A DNA stretch of 64,000 bases, from contig OZ024757.1 of assembly GCA_964016885.1 (NCBI GenBank), positions 18,910,001-18,974,000 on the forward strand. Direction: 5' to 3'. Below the pieces are notes generated by a model, which was not told the DNA's origin, did not search any database, and was given only the letters and a program-made list of their open reading frames with translations. Positions 1-11,997 of this stretch are shown here, piece by piece (the first letter of the stretch is position 1; the number at the start of each line of letters is the position of its first letter). Source of the DNA: Eledone cirrhosa (Eukaryota). The translations under genes and the position numbers were made by a program.

Positions 1-624
1 TATATGTGTGTGTATATATATATATATGTGTGTGTATATATATATATGTGTGTGTGTGTGTGTATATATATGTATGTGTGTGTATATATATATATATGTG
101 TGTGTGTATATATATATATGTGTGTGTGTATATATATATATATGTGTGTGTGTGTGTATATATATGTGTGTGTATATATATATATGTGTATGTGTATATA
201 TATATATATAATGTATGTGTGTATATGTATATGTATGTGTGTGTGTATATATATATATATATGTTTGTGTATGTATATATATATATAAATATGTGTGTGT
301 ATGTATGCACACATATATATCTATATATGTATATATATATATATATATACACATACATATGTAAATTTATGTATGCATGAATACTTAACACTCTTTGTTC
401 ACATGATTATTTTTTTTATTGTTTTTTTTGTTTTTGTTTCTCTATCCTTTATATTTTCGTTTATTGTTTTATTTTATCAAATTGTGGAACGTTCCGGTTG
501 ATTGCACACAAATGGCTTTTGAACAACAGCACCTCTGGCAAACATATTTTCTGATTTATGTCTAGGATTACTACTCTCTTTCTCTCTCTATATATGTATA
601 TGTGTGTGTATATATATGTGTGTT

Positions 625-675
<51 letters not shown>

Positions 676-724
676 GTGTATGTATATATATATATATGTG
701 TGTGTGTGTGTATATATATATATA

Positions 725-755
<31 letters not shown>

Positions 756-792
756 GTGTGTGTGTATATATATATATTTATGTGTATGTGTG

Positions 793-823
<31 letters not shown>

Positions 824-930
824 ATATCATCATCATCATCATCATCTTTGTTTAATGTCCATTTTCCGTGTGTGTGTGTATATATATATTTATGTGTATG
901 TGTGTGTGGGTATATATATGTATATATATA

Positions 931-963
<33 letters not shown>

Positions 964-1010
964 GTATATGTGTGTGTGTATATATATTTACGTGTATGTA
1001 TATATATATA
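1..1010. repeat. Compound (TA)n/(TG)n microsatellite tract
   Basis: Visible dinucleotide runs; overlapping YIYI/CVCV ORFs are artefacts. Similar tracts at about 14560-17375, 19900-20980, 22970-23590, 34220-34850, 43165-44195, 54100-54910, 57950-58700, 63290-64000. Confidence 0.97.
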
Positions 1011-1012
1011 TA

Positions 1013-1116
1013 GACAGTCCTATACGAGCAAGACAACTAATCTTGCCTCAAGTGGGACAATTCCCGTCTAACCCATGCTAGCGTGGAAGATGGACGTTAA
1101 ACGATGATGATGATGA
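1013..1116 (+). mobile_element. Isolated RTE-type LINE/SINE 3' tail ending in (GAT)n
   Basis: CCCGTCTAACCCATGCTAGCGTGGAAGATGGACGTTAAACGATGATG matches the 3' ends at 10200-10256, 11565-11618 and 26165-26217. Confidence 0.8.
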
Positions 1117-1147
1117 TATATATGTGTGTGTATATATGTATATATAT

Positions 1148-1230
1148 AACAAAGGAATTGTGGTAAGGAACCAGATGTACCATAACGCCTCAGAGTACTC
1201 AATACTTAGGGTAGTAGAGTGGGAAATAAT
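1148..1230 (-). mobile_element. Fragment of the HHR-bearing PLE-like repeat also at 7596-7732 and 61489-61680
   Basis: AAGGAATTGTGGTAAGGAACCAGATG...GAGTACTCAATACTTAGGGTAGTAGAGTGGG is the reverse complement of about 61603-61680. Confidence 0.7.
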
Positions 1231-1545
1231 GTATATGTGTGTGTATATATATGTATATGTGTATATATATGTATATGTGTTTATATATATATGTGTATAT
1301 ATATATATGTATGTGTATATATATATCTGTATGTATATATATATATATTTATGTGTGTATGTGTATATATATATATGTGTATATATATATGTATGTATAT
1401 ATATGTATATATGTGTATTTTTATAGACTGTGTACATATCCTATATGTTTGCGTGTATAATGTACATATAAAGTGTATATCCCTGTGTATATGTATATTA
1501 TACGCAAGGATATATATACGCACTTTTACTGTGTAAATAGATTTG

Positions 1546-1585
<40 letters not shown>

Positions 1586-1588
<3 letters not shown>

Positions 1589-2206
1589 TTGCGAGGTTTT
1601 TGATATGAAATCGTGTGTCGAAACAAATATTGTTATACTTGGGGAGGATCATATTTGTGTAATATTGCCAGAATTAATAACAGAACAGACTCACTGTTTG
1701 GTTGGTTTTCGCTTCTGTGTCTTTTATATCGGTTAATTTAATTTATTCGGTCCTCAATATTACCATTGACTGACCAACGGTCAAAAATACAGATACAATA
1801 TAGACACAAACACATATATATAGTCTAACAAAGTTCTTTTGTTGCACATCTGCAACATCGTCAGTGTTGCTATTATGTTTCCTCCCATTGCATCGTATGC
1901 CTACGCCATCTTTATTTAGTCTCAATAAAGATGGCGTAGGCAAGCAATGCAACTAGAGGAAACATAATAGCACCACTGACGATGTTGCAGATGTGCAACG
2001 AAAGAACTTTTAGACTATATATATGTGTTTGTGTCTATATTGTATCTGTATTTTTGACCGTTGGTCAGTCAATGGCAACATTGAGGACCGAATAAATTAA
2101 ATTAACCGATATAAAAGACACAGAAGCGAAAACCAACCAAACAGTGAGTGTGTTCTGTTATTAATTCTGGCAATATTATTACACAACTATGACCTTCCCC
2201 AAGTAT

Positions 2207-2214
<8 letters not shown>
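1586..2214. mobile_element. Penelope-like element pseudo-LTR as a ~290-bp-arm fold-back palindrome with degenerate HHRs
   Basis: Arms 1627-~1916 and ~1924-2214 are reverse complements. The ends (TGAAATCGTGTGTCGAAAC..ATATTGTTATACTTGGG) match the GIY-YIG-containing element at 44551-45593. Confidence 0.8.
1972..2013 (+). ncRNA. Degenerate type I hammerhead ribozyme (mirror copy at 1827-1868 on minus)
   Basis: CTGACGA-t-GTTGCA/gatg/TGCAAC-GAAA-gaac-TT. The plus copy has the core but a broken stem I; the minus copy has stem I AACA/TGTT but GAAA>AAAA. Confidence 0.6.
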
Positions 2215-2248
<34 letters not shown>

Positions 2249-2252
<4 letters not shown>

Positions 2253-2592
2253 TCATCATCGTCATTTCATTTTACATCCGCTTTTTCCCTGCTTGCAAGG
2301 GTGGGACGGGAACTGATTCTGGCTTGATTTCTACAGCTGGATGCCCTTCCTAACACCAACCTCATTTACAGTGAGTGCTGGGTGCTTTTTTTTCCGTGGC
2401 ACCTCCACGACCACTTTGCAGTGGAATGATATGGACCCCAGTCCCTAACATCTCATTTCTACAGCTGAGTAAACTGGAGCAATGTGAAATAAAGTGTCTT
2501 GCTCAAGGAAACAACACATCACCCGGTCTGAGAATTGAACTCACAACCTTTCAATTGCAAGGCCAATGCTCTAACCACTGAGCCATGTGCCT
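2249..2592 (-). mobile_element. tRNA-derived SINE with CORE-like domain and RTE-derived tail
   Basis: Minus strand: A box TGGCTCAGTGG, B box GAGTTCAATTC, CORE-like TCCTTGAGCAAGACACTT..CAGCTGTAGAAATG, (GAT)n tail. Confidence 0.85.
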
Positions 2593-2869
2593 CCATAAAT
2601 ATATATATACAACCCACCCAGGCATGCGTTATGTAGATCACAGTCCCTCCCCTCCCATTCCCCCTCCTCTTTCTCTTCATCTTCCTCCTCCTCCTCTCCT
2701 CTGCTTCCCCCACCTCCCTCCCTATCATCTCCCCCCTCTTCTTCCTCATCAATAATTTGTTGCTAATTAGTTAACATACCTTATTCAATCAATCAATCAA
2801 TAATCAATAACCAATTTCTTAATTATCACACCTCCCCTACATTTGCAAACAAACCAAACAATAGGTTGG

Positions 2870-3840
2870 TGTTTTTGTGTTGTTGTTTAACTTGCTTGTG
2901 TTGTTTTAGTTGTTGTTGTTGTATATGTTGTATGTGTTGTTGTTGTACGTGTTGTTTTTGTTGTTTTAGTTGTTGTTGCTGCTGTTTAACTGTTGTTGTT
3001 GTTGTTTAACTTATGTTTGTGTTGTTGGTTTGTTGTTGTTGTATATGTTGTATGTGTTGTTGTTGTATGTGTTGTTTTGTTGTTGTTTTAGTTGTATATG
3101 TTGTATGTGTTGTTTTGTTGTTGTTTTAGTTGTTGTATATGTTGTATGTGTTGGTTTGTTGTTGTTTTAGTTGTTGTATATGTTGTATGTGTTGGTTTGT
3201 TGTTGTTTTAGTTGTTGTATATGTTGTATGTGTTGGTTTGTTGTTGTTTTAGTTGTTGTATATGTTGTATGTGTTGGTTTGTTGTTGTTTTAGTTGTTGT
3301 ATATGTTGTATGTGTTGGTTTGTTGTTTTAGTTGTTGTTGTGTGTTGTTTTGTTGTTTTAGTTGTTGTTGTTGTATATGTTGTATGTGTTGTTGTATGTG
3401 TTTTTGTTGTTTTAGTTGTTGTATATGTTGTATATGTTGTTTTTGTTGTTGTTGTATATGTTGTATGTTGTTGTTGTATGTTGTTGTATATGTTGTATGT
3501 GTTGTTGTTGTTGTATATGTTGTATGTGTTGTTGTTGTATGTGTTGTATGTGTTGTTTTTGTTGTTGTTGTTGTATATGTTGTATGTGTTGTTGTTTTTG
3601 TATGTGTTGGTTTGTTGTTGTTTTAGTTGTTGTATATGTTGTATGTGTTGTTGTTTTTGTATGTGTTGGTTTGTTGTTGTTTTTGTTGTATATGTTGTAT
3701 GTGTTGGTTTGTTGTTGTATATGTTGTATGTTTTGGTTTGTTGTTGCTTTAGTTGTTGTATATGTTGTATGTGTTGTTGTATGTGTTGTTTTTGTTGTTT
3801 TAGTTGTTGTTTAACTTGCTTTAGTTGTTGTTGTTAGTTT
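2870..3840. repeat. GTT/TATG-rich degenerate minisatellite (~41-bp unit)
   Basis: Recurrent TTTTAGTTGTTGTATATGTTGTATGTGTTGGTTTGTTGTTG. Confidence 0.9.
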
Positions 3841-4051
3841 TAGAAAAAGAGGAAAATGAAAGGATAATATGTTAATAGTGTTGAAAACCCTGGGATCAAT
3901 TTTGGGGGTGGGTAGGTGGGTGGGGATGAGTGTGAGGGTTGAGGGTGAATATTGGGTCAACTTTGTTTTTTATCCTATTGGTGTTGATTCTTATCTCTAT
4001 CTCTCTGTCTGTCTCAGTCTCTCTTTCTCTCTGTATGTCTCTCTCTCTCAG

Positions 4052-4089
<38 letters not shown>

Positions 4090-4322
4090 TCCCCAAAAGC
4101 AATCATCTGTGGACAAACCTGGAGAGATAGAGACAGACAGTGACAAAGAGAGAGAAAGAGTGACATAGAGACAGACAGGCAGTCAGACAGTGACCGAGAG
4201 AGAGAGAGAAAGAGTCAGAGACAGTGAACAAGAGAGAGAGAGAGAGACAGTCAGACAGTGACCGAGAGAGAGACAGTCAGACAGTGACTGAGAGAGAGAG
4301 AGAAAGACAGTCAGACAGTGAC

Positions 4323-4353
<31 letters not shown>

Positions 4354-4544
4354 TCAATAAAAAAGAGAAAGAAGGAGAAAGTGATTGATAAAATGAGAGA
4401 CAGAACATAGCAACGACATTTAGAAAATTTAGTAAACAAACTACTTGAAGGAGCAAAGTTTTACGTCAATAGAAGTTTTATGACAACAACAGTAATGACA
4501 ACTTCTTCTTCGTCTCCTCCTCCCCCTCCTCCTCCTCCTTCTCC

Positions 4545-7530
4545 CTGAGAGGGTCGTGTGGGGGGCAGTGGGACCTGCCAGAAACAACCGTCTCCAAATG
4601 ATCTGGTTGCCCCCCCCCCCCCCCCCCCCCCCAAGTGAGACCAGCCAAGCTCCTTGATGTTATCCAACCATCTTGCTCGGGGTCTACTTCTGAGTCTCCC
4701 GCTGGTTGGTTTTGATCATAAAATCTGTCCAGCGATCCTTTCCTGAGATATTCTACTCTAACCACATGTCCATAGTATCAGAGCTGTCATCTCTCAATTC
4801 GGAGAAGTAGCAGCTCTACCTGGATTGACTCTCTGATCTCCAAGCTACACATTCTTTCCTGAGACATTCTAACCACATGTCCATAGTATCAGAGCTGTGA
4901 TCTCTCAATTCAGAGAAGTAGCAGCTCTACCTGGAGTGACTCTCTGTTCTCCAAGCTACACATTCTTTCCTGAGACATTCTAACCACATGTCCATAGTAT
5001 CAGAGCTGTGATCTCTCAATTCGGAGAAGTAGCAGCTCTACCTGGAGTGACTCTCTGATCACTGAGCTACACATTCTTTCCTGAGACATTCTAACCACAT
5101 GTCCATAGTATCAGAGCTGTGATCTCTCAATTCGGAGAAGTAGCAGCTCTATCTGGAGTGACTCACTGATCTCCGAGCTACACATTCTTTCCTGAGACAT
5201 TCTAACCACATGCCCATAGTATCAGAGCTGTGATCTCTCAATTTGGAGAAGTAGCAGCTCTACCTGGAGTGACTCTCTGATCTCTGAGCTACACATTCTT
5301 TCCTGAGACATTCTAACCACATGTCCATATTATCAGAGCTGTGATCTCTCAATTCGGAGAAGTAGCAGCTCTACCTGGAGTGACTCACTGATCTCCGAGC
5401 TACACATTCTTTCCTGAGACATTCTAACCACATGCCCATAGTATCAGAGCTGTGATCTCTCAATTCGGAGAAGTAGCAGCTCTACCTGGAGTGACTCTCT
5501 GATCTCTGAGCTACACATTCTTTCCTGAGACATTCTAACCACATGTCCATAGTATCAGAGCTGTGATCTTTCAATTCGGAGAAGTAGCAGCTCTACCTGG
5601 AGTGACTCTCTGATCTCCGAGCTACACATTCTTTCCTGAGACATTCTAACCACATGTCCATAGTATCAGAGCTGTGATCTCTCAATTCGGAGAAGTAGCA
5701 GCTCTACCTGGAGTGACTCTCTGATCTCTGAGCTACACATTCTTTCCTGAGACATTCTAACCACATGTCCATAGTATCAGAGCTGTGATCTTTCAATTCG
5801 GAGAAGTAGCAGCTCTACCTGGAGTGACTCTCTGATCTCCGAGCTACACATTCTTTCCTGAGACATTCTAACCACATGTCCATAGTATCAGAGCTGTGAT
5901 CTCTCAATTCGGAGAAGTAACAGCTCTACCTGGAGTGACTCACTGATCTCCGAGCTACACATTCTTTCCTGAGACATTCTAACCACATGCCCATAGTATC
6001 AGAGCTGTGATCTCTCAATTCGGAGAAGTAGCAGCTCTACCTGGAGTGACTCTCTGATCTCTGAGCTACACATTCTTTCCTGAGACATTCTAACCACATG
6101 TCCATAGTATCAGAGCTGTGATCTCTCAATTCGGAGAAGTAACAGCTCTACCTGGAGTGACTCTCTGATCTCTGAGCTACACATTCTTTCCTGAGACATT
6201 CTAACCACATGTCCATAGTATCAGAGCTGTGATCTCTCAATTCGGAGAAGTAGCAGCTCTACCTGGAGTGACTCACTGATCTCCGAGCTACACATTCTTT
6301 CCTGAGACATTCTAACAACATGCCCATAGTATCAGAGCTGTGATCTCTCAATTCGGAGAAGTAGCAGCTCTACCTGGAGTGACTCTCTGATCTCTGAGCT
6401 ACACATTCTTTCCTGAGACATTCTAACCACATGTCCATAGTATCAGAGCTGTGATCTCTCAATTCGGAGAAGTAACAGCTCTACCTGGAGTGACTCTCTG
6501 ATCTCTGAGCTACACATTCTTTCCTGAGACATTCTAACCACATGTCCATAGTCTCAGAGCTGTGATCTCTCAATTCGGAGAAGTAACAGCTCTACCTGGA
6601 GTGACTCTCTGATCTCTGAGCTACACATTCTTTCCTGAGACATTCTAACCACATGTCCATAGTATCAGAGCTGTGATCTCTCAATTCGGAGAAGTAGCAG
6701 CTCTACCTGGAGTGACTCTCTGATCTCTGAGCTACACATTCTTTCCTGAGACATTCTAACCACATGTCCATAGTATCAGAGCTGTGATCTCTCAATTCGG
6801 AGAAGTAACAGCTCTACCTGGAGTGACTCTCTGATCTCTGAGCTACACATTCTTTCCTGAGACATTCTAACCACATGTCCATAGTATCAGAGCTGTGATC
6901 TCTCAATTCGGAGAAGTAACAGCTCTACCTGGAGTGACTCTCTGATCTCTGAGCTACACATTCTTTCCTGCGACATTCTAACCACATGTCCATAGTATCA
7001 GAGCTGTGATCTCTCAATTCGGAGAAGTAACAGCTCTACCTGGAGTGACTCTCTGATCTCTGAGCTACACATTCTTTCCTGAGACATTCTAACCACATGT
7101 CCATAGTATCAGAGCTGTGATCTCTCAATTCGGAGAAGTAGCAGCTCTACCTAGTTTGACTCTCTGATCTCTGAGCTACACATTCTTTCCTGAGACATTC
7201 TAACCACATGTCCATAGTATCAGAGCTGTGATCTCTCAATTCGGAGAAGTAGCAGCTCTACCAGAAGTGACTCTCTGATCTCTGAGCTACACATTCTTTC
7301 CTGAGACATTCTAACCACATGTCCATAGTATCAGAGCTGTGATCTCTCAATTCGGAGAAGTAGCAGCTCTACCTGGAGTGACTCTCTGATCTCTGAGCTA
7401 CACATTCTTTCCTGAGACATTCTAACCACATGTCCATAGTATCAGAGCTGTGATCTCTCAATTCGGAGAAGTAGCAGCTCTACCTGAAGTGACTCTCTGA
7501 TCTCCGAGTTATGCACTTTGAGTAGACCAG
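4545..7530 (-). mobile_element. RTE-like LINE 3' fragment containing a 111-bp tandem array
   Basis: Minus translation NSEIRESLQVELLLLRIERSQL*YYGHVVRM..ER..RSRPRARWLDNIKEL resembles the RTE ORF2 C-terminal W(Y)GHVxRM and GRPRxxW motifs. Confidence 0.8.
4757..7510. repeat. Tandem array, 111-bp unit, ~25 near-identical copies
   Basis: TTCTAACCACATG recurs at 4867, 4978 and onward (period 111 = 37 codons). Confidence 0.97.
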
Positions 7531-7595
7531 GTGCTGAAAAGTTTGTGGCTTTGGAAAAAAGAAAATACAGGTGGATCAATTTTATATATATATAC

Positions 7596-7732
7596 AACAA
7601 AGGAATTGTGGTAAGGAACCAGATGGACCATAACACACCAGAGTACGTTTCAACGGCTATTTCTGGACTGAAGAGTCGGAAATATCCGTCGAAACGGCTT
7701 GTGCTCTGCCGCCGGGGTCATACTTTTTCCTA
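7596..7732 (+). mobile_element. PLE-like remnant with degenerate HHR (7668-7719) and fold-back at the core
   Basis: CTGAAGA-GTCGGA/aata/TCCGTC-GAAA-CGGC/loop/GCCG-CC-ggggtc. U16.1 reads C here but GTC in the homolog at 61489-61602. Confidence 0.65.
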
Positions 7733-7892
7733 TATATATATATAGTGACAAGAATTGCAGCTTTTTGTAAACTTTATTTCATATTACCACTTGTATCCAT
7801 ATCGATCAGCTCGGGTTTGATCTTGTGATCAGATCCCGACTCTTAACCGACACTTCTTCAGATATGAAAGCTTACATGGGTGGTCCATGTAT

Positions 7893-8176
7893 TCTCAGAC
7901 CGGGTGATGTGTTGTTTCCTTGAGCAAGACACTTTATTTCACATTGCTCCAGTTTACTCAGCTGTAGAAATGAGATGATAGGGACTGGGGTCCCTATCAT
8001 TCTACTGTAAAGTGGTCGTGGAGGTGCCACGGCAAAAAAAGCACCCAGCACTCACTGTAAATGAGGTTGGTGTTAGGAAGGGCATCCAGCTGTAGAAATC
8101 AAGCCAGAATCAGTTCCCGTCCCACCCTTGCAAGCAGGGAAAAGCAGACGTAAAATGAAATGATGATGATGATGAT
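7893..8176 (+). mobile_element. CORE-like SINE, 5'-truncated
   Basis: Same sequence as 2249-2592 in the opposite orientation, ending (GAT)n. Confidence 0.85.
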
Positions 8177-8348
8177 ATATATATATATATATAGTGAGAG
8201 AGAGAGAGAGACTGGTTTATAGTATGAAAGGTTTCAGTGATGTGTGTCACAACACATCACTGTTTTTTCTTCTTCTTCTCTTTCTTTACCATTTAACTTG
8301 GTGAAAGTCTGTGGCACAAGTCAAATGGAATGGAAGATGAATACAAAG

Positions 8349-8351
<3 letters not shown>

Positions 8352-8399
<48 letters not shown>

Positions 8400-8760
8400 C
8401 TCTCTCGTTTTTCCATCTTTTTGTCTCTTTTCTCTCTCTCTCTCTCTTTTCCCTCTTTTCCCTCTCTCATATTTCTCCTTCTTTTTGTCTCTCTCTCTCC
8501 TTTCTCTTTTCCCTCTCTCGTTTCTCCATCTTTTTGTCTCTTTTTTCTCTCTCTCTCTCTCTCTTTATCTCTTCTCTCTTTCCCTTTTTTTCTTTTTTCC
8601 CACTCTCTCGTCAAATTCTCTTTTTGTCTCCCCCTCTCGCCCCCTCCCTCTCCCCCTAGCGCCCTCTCGCCCCTTCTCCCTCTCTCCCCACTCTCGTTTT
8701 CTCACTCTCATTCTCTCTCTTTTTGTCTCTCCCGTCTCCCTCTCTCCGCCCCCTCTCCAA
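8352..8760. repeat. (CT)n polypyrimidine low-complexity tract
   Basis: Visible; similar tracts at 3990-4375 and 23745-24400. Confidence 0.9.
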
Positions 8761-8994
8761 TAACAACCACCAACTGACAGATGACTCTCTTGATAAAGAC
8801 TGCTTTATGGATGTCTTAAAGAAACCTCTTCTGTCCATTATACACCCCACCCATGTGTATACTTATATACATACATGTACATATACATACATATACGCAC
8901 ATACATATGTTACCATATATAAGCAGGATACAAACCTGTCCAATCCTTCCTTGCTAGAAGAGGGTAAATGTGAATGTGTGTGTATATATATATA

Positions 8995-10254
8995 TATGCT
9001 GATGACCTCGCACTCATAGCTGAATCTATGGTAGAACTAGAGAATAAATTCCAAACCTGGAAGCAGGGACTAGAGAGAAAGGGCCTCAAAGTCAACATGA
9101 CAAAGACTAAGGTCCTTATAAGTAGACGAGAAAACAGAACCCAGATCCCCTCAGGGAAATGGCCTTGCTCAGTATGTAGGAAAGGTGTAGGTAGGAACTC
9201 CATTCTTTGCCCCAAATGCAAACAATGGGTACACAAGAGATGTAGCGGGATCTCAGGAAGCTTAATTAAGAATGTAGGATTCACATGCAGCAGCTGTGCT
9301 GAAACAGCAAGCAAACAGCCACAGGAAACAAGTACCACCAATCTCTGGGAGGGCCCTGTAGAAACAGTAGACAGCTTCTGCTACCTAGGTGACCGAATTA
9401 GCAACGGAGGTGGGTGCTCAGAAAGTACAATAACTAGGGTAAGAACGGGATGGAAGAAGTTTAGGGAACTACTACCACTGCTAGCTGCAAAAGGCTTCTC
9501 CCTCAGAATGAAAGGCAGACTGTATGATGCGTGTATCCGAACAGCGATGTTGCATGGTAGTGAGACCTGGGCGCTGAAGGTGGAAGACTTACGTAGATTA
9601 GAGAGAAACGAAGCCTGCATGCTCCGATGGATGTGTAACAGTAATATACGTGAACGACAAAGCATAAATGAATTGAGAGAGAGACTGAGCATAAGAGGAA
9701 TCAAATGCTGCGTGCAGGAGAGGCGGTTACGCTGGTATGGACATGTGATGCGTATGAAGGATGACAGCTGCATAAAAAGGTGCAGAGCACTAGAAGTTGA
9801 TGGAAACCGCGGAGTGGGGAGACCCAAGATGACTTGGGATGAGGTGATAAAAGCCGACCTTACCCAACTACACCTCTCAAAGTCAATGACACACGACCGT
9901 GACTTCTGGCGTCACGCAGTAATACAGGGTACCCGACCTCCCATGGGTACATGCTGAAGCATATAAACAATATGCCCCCCCCCCCCCCCCCACTGCAAGG
10001 TGGTCGTGGAGGTGCCACGGCAAAAAAGCACCCAGCCCACACTGTAAAGTGGACGTGTAGGCGCCACGGAAAAGCACCCAGCACTCACTGTAAATGAGGT
10101 TGGTGTTAGGAAGGGCATCCAGCTGTAGAAATCAAGCCAGATCAGTTCCTGTATGAGCAAGGCATGGTCAGCCGACCAGACACTGCCCACAACAGGACAA
10201 CCCGTCTAACCCATGCTAGCGTGGAAGAACGGACGTAAAACGGTGATGATGATG

Positions 10255-10256
<2 letters not shown>
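8995..10256 (+). mobile_element. 5'-truncated RTE-clade LINE: RT C-terminal half (open to 9957) plus 3' UTR and (GAT)n tail
   Basis: YADDL, GLKVNMTKTK, FCYLG, AMLHGSETW, RRLRWYGHVMRM, GRPKMTW motifs; Cys-rich insert CSVC..CPKC..WVHKRC..CSSC. Confidence 0.93.
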
Positions 10257-10298
<42 letters not shown>

Positions 10299-10612
10299 AT
10301 ATATATATATACTATAGAGTAAAACATGTCCAGAGAATTATTTGATAATATATACACATCACCTCTACTCCCAATCAGCATAATTAACCACACAAAAAAT
10401 CAATTAGACCAGGTTATAAGAATAAAAGGCATCTATGAAGAAACAGTAAATAAATAGACTATCGTGTCATCTTCGCGTCCAACCGCTATAGAATATTTAC
10501 CCAACATTTGAACAGCACGTGGAAATTAATTAAATATACGGTCAACCATACATAATTAGGTAAAAATTAAAGTTAGAAATGCTTATATACATACCAGGAT
10601 TAAATCACTAAA

Positions 10613-10689
10613 TCCCGACCCATGGGTTTCGCTCACTTTTGAGATATCTTATTAAGGATAAATCTCGAGTTTTAGAGCTCTTCAGGGGA
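10613..10689 (-). ncRNA. Type I hammerhead ribozyme with intact core (PLE-type)
   Basis: Minus: TCCC-CTGAAGA-GCTC[long stem-loop]GAGC-GAA-ACCCATGGGT-C-GGGA. All core bases present, GUC site, palindromic stem III. Confidence 0.85.
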
Positions 10690-10984
10690 CAAACTCGCTA
10701 GGACAGATTATTTTCCGAAGTGGTCCCCGCCAAACATGAATTCAAAATGGTTGAGAACTGTGACGTGGCAGTGGTCAAGTCAGGAAGGGTGTGATTGGTT
10801 GCTTACGGCGAATGGGTTGGTTGCTAGAAAGCGCAGCCCAATATCGCCCAAATTGTATCTCAACCTTATGGGAGATTATTAAATATAAATATTTACACAT
10901 ACACCAATTAAACAAGGTCACAGGTATATATGTGTTTTGGCAACTATTAAATAATCAGAGCAAAATATATATATTCACACACAA

Positions 10985-11618
10985 TAAGAGGAATCAAATC
11001 AGATGTTTACTCGAGAGAAGACTACGCTGGTATGGTCACGTGATGCGCATGAAAGACGACAGCTGTATAAAAAAGTGCAGGGTGATAAAAATAGACGGTA
11101 GCCACGGAGTAGGCAGACCCAGAAAAACCTGGGACGACTTGATAAATTCCGACCTCATACACTTACACCTCTCCAAGACAATGTCACTGGACCGAGATCT
11201 TTGGCACTACACAGTAATACAGAAGACTTGCCTTGCCTAAGTACAAAGCGAAACCTACAGTCAGTAGGCACCTCTAACAAAAATACACCCCCGTCCCACC
11301 ACCCCCACCCCATCTACACCAGCCCTTTCAATGTAAAGTTATGTTGGTACCACAACATCCAGTCCGAAACAAATGAGGTCGTGTAGGTGTCACGACAAAA
11401 AAACACACAGTCCACGCTGTAATGTGGCCGTGTAGGTAACACGGTAAAAACCTCCCAGTCCACACTGTAAACGTGGTTGGTGTTAGGAAGGGCATCCAGC
11501 CGTAGAAAACCCACCAGAGAGTCCTATACGAGCAGGACAACCAATCTTGCCTCAAGTGGGAAAACTCCCATCCAAACCCATGCAAGCGTGGAAGATGGAC
11601 GTTAAACGATGATGATGA
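10985..11618 (+). mobile_element. RTE LINE 3' end with 3' UTR
   Basis: ERRLRWYGHVMRMKDDSCIKKC..GRPRKTW, homologous to 9700-9957; (GAT)n tail. Confidence 0.9.
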
Positions 11619-11721
11619 TATATATGTGTATATTCATTTCATTAAGATTGAATAGTGAGTCTTGTTGCTCTGGAGTTTCGCCTGTTTATCAAAGGGTCAA
11701 CAGACAAGCGCTCAGCTGTCA

Positions 11722-11757
<36 letters not shown>

Positions 11758-11834
11758 GTAAACAGAAATAACACAATCGGTACAGTATATGGAAGGTATA
11801 TATTAGGTTAACGCTTGATATAGCAGGAAGAGGG

Positions 11835-11870
11835 TCTGAACGTTTCGGACGCTAGTCCTTCATCAGAAGA
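11835..11870 (-). ncRNA. Minimal PLE-type hammerhead motif (weak stem I) in a repeat at ~11754-11895
   Basis: Minus: CTGATGA-a-GGAC/tagc/GTCC-GAAACGTT. Flanks are homologous to 53920-54065. Confidence 0.7.
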
Positions 11871-11997
11871 AAGAATGAGAAATAAAATAGATTGGGGGGA
11901 GGGGCGGGTTGGAATTGGAAAAAATGTCTTTAGAAAAAAATAACAGGTCCATTCATGTTGACATCTCTTGCAAAACTGTTGGTGCTGATAATATATA

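Noticed and set aside
4757-7510. Selenoprotein/readthrough repeat protein from the in-frame TGAs
   Set aside because: The TGA aligns with the Arg of the LINE LRW/LRY motif (CpG decay); no SECIS seen.
7800-7870. Possible HHR on minus (CATAT-CTGAAGA..GATATG)
   Set aside because: No properly placed GAAA closing stem II.
8781-8855. Weak exon candidates (also 22262-22325, 34140-34175, 35510-35523 minus, 56931-56961)
   Set aside because: One splice site weak or no recognisable peptide; expected by chance in AT-rich DNA.
11660-11725. HHR-like motif on minus (CTGAGC..GGCGAAACTC)
   Set aside because: Core lacks GA and U16.1; too degenerate to call.
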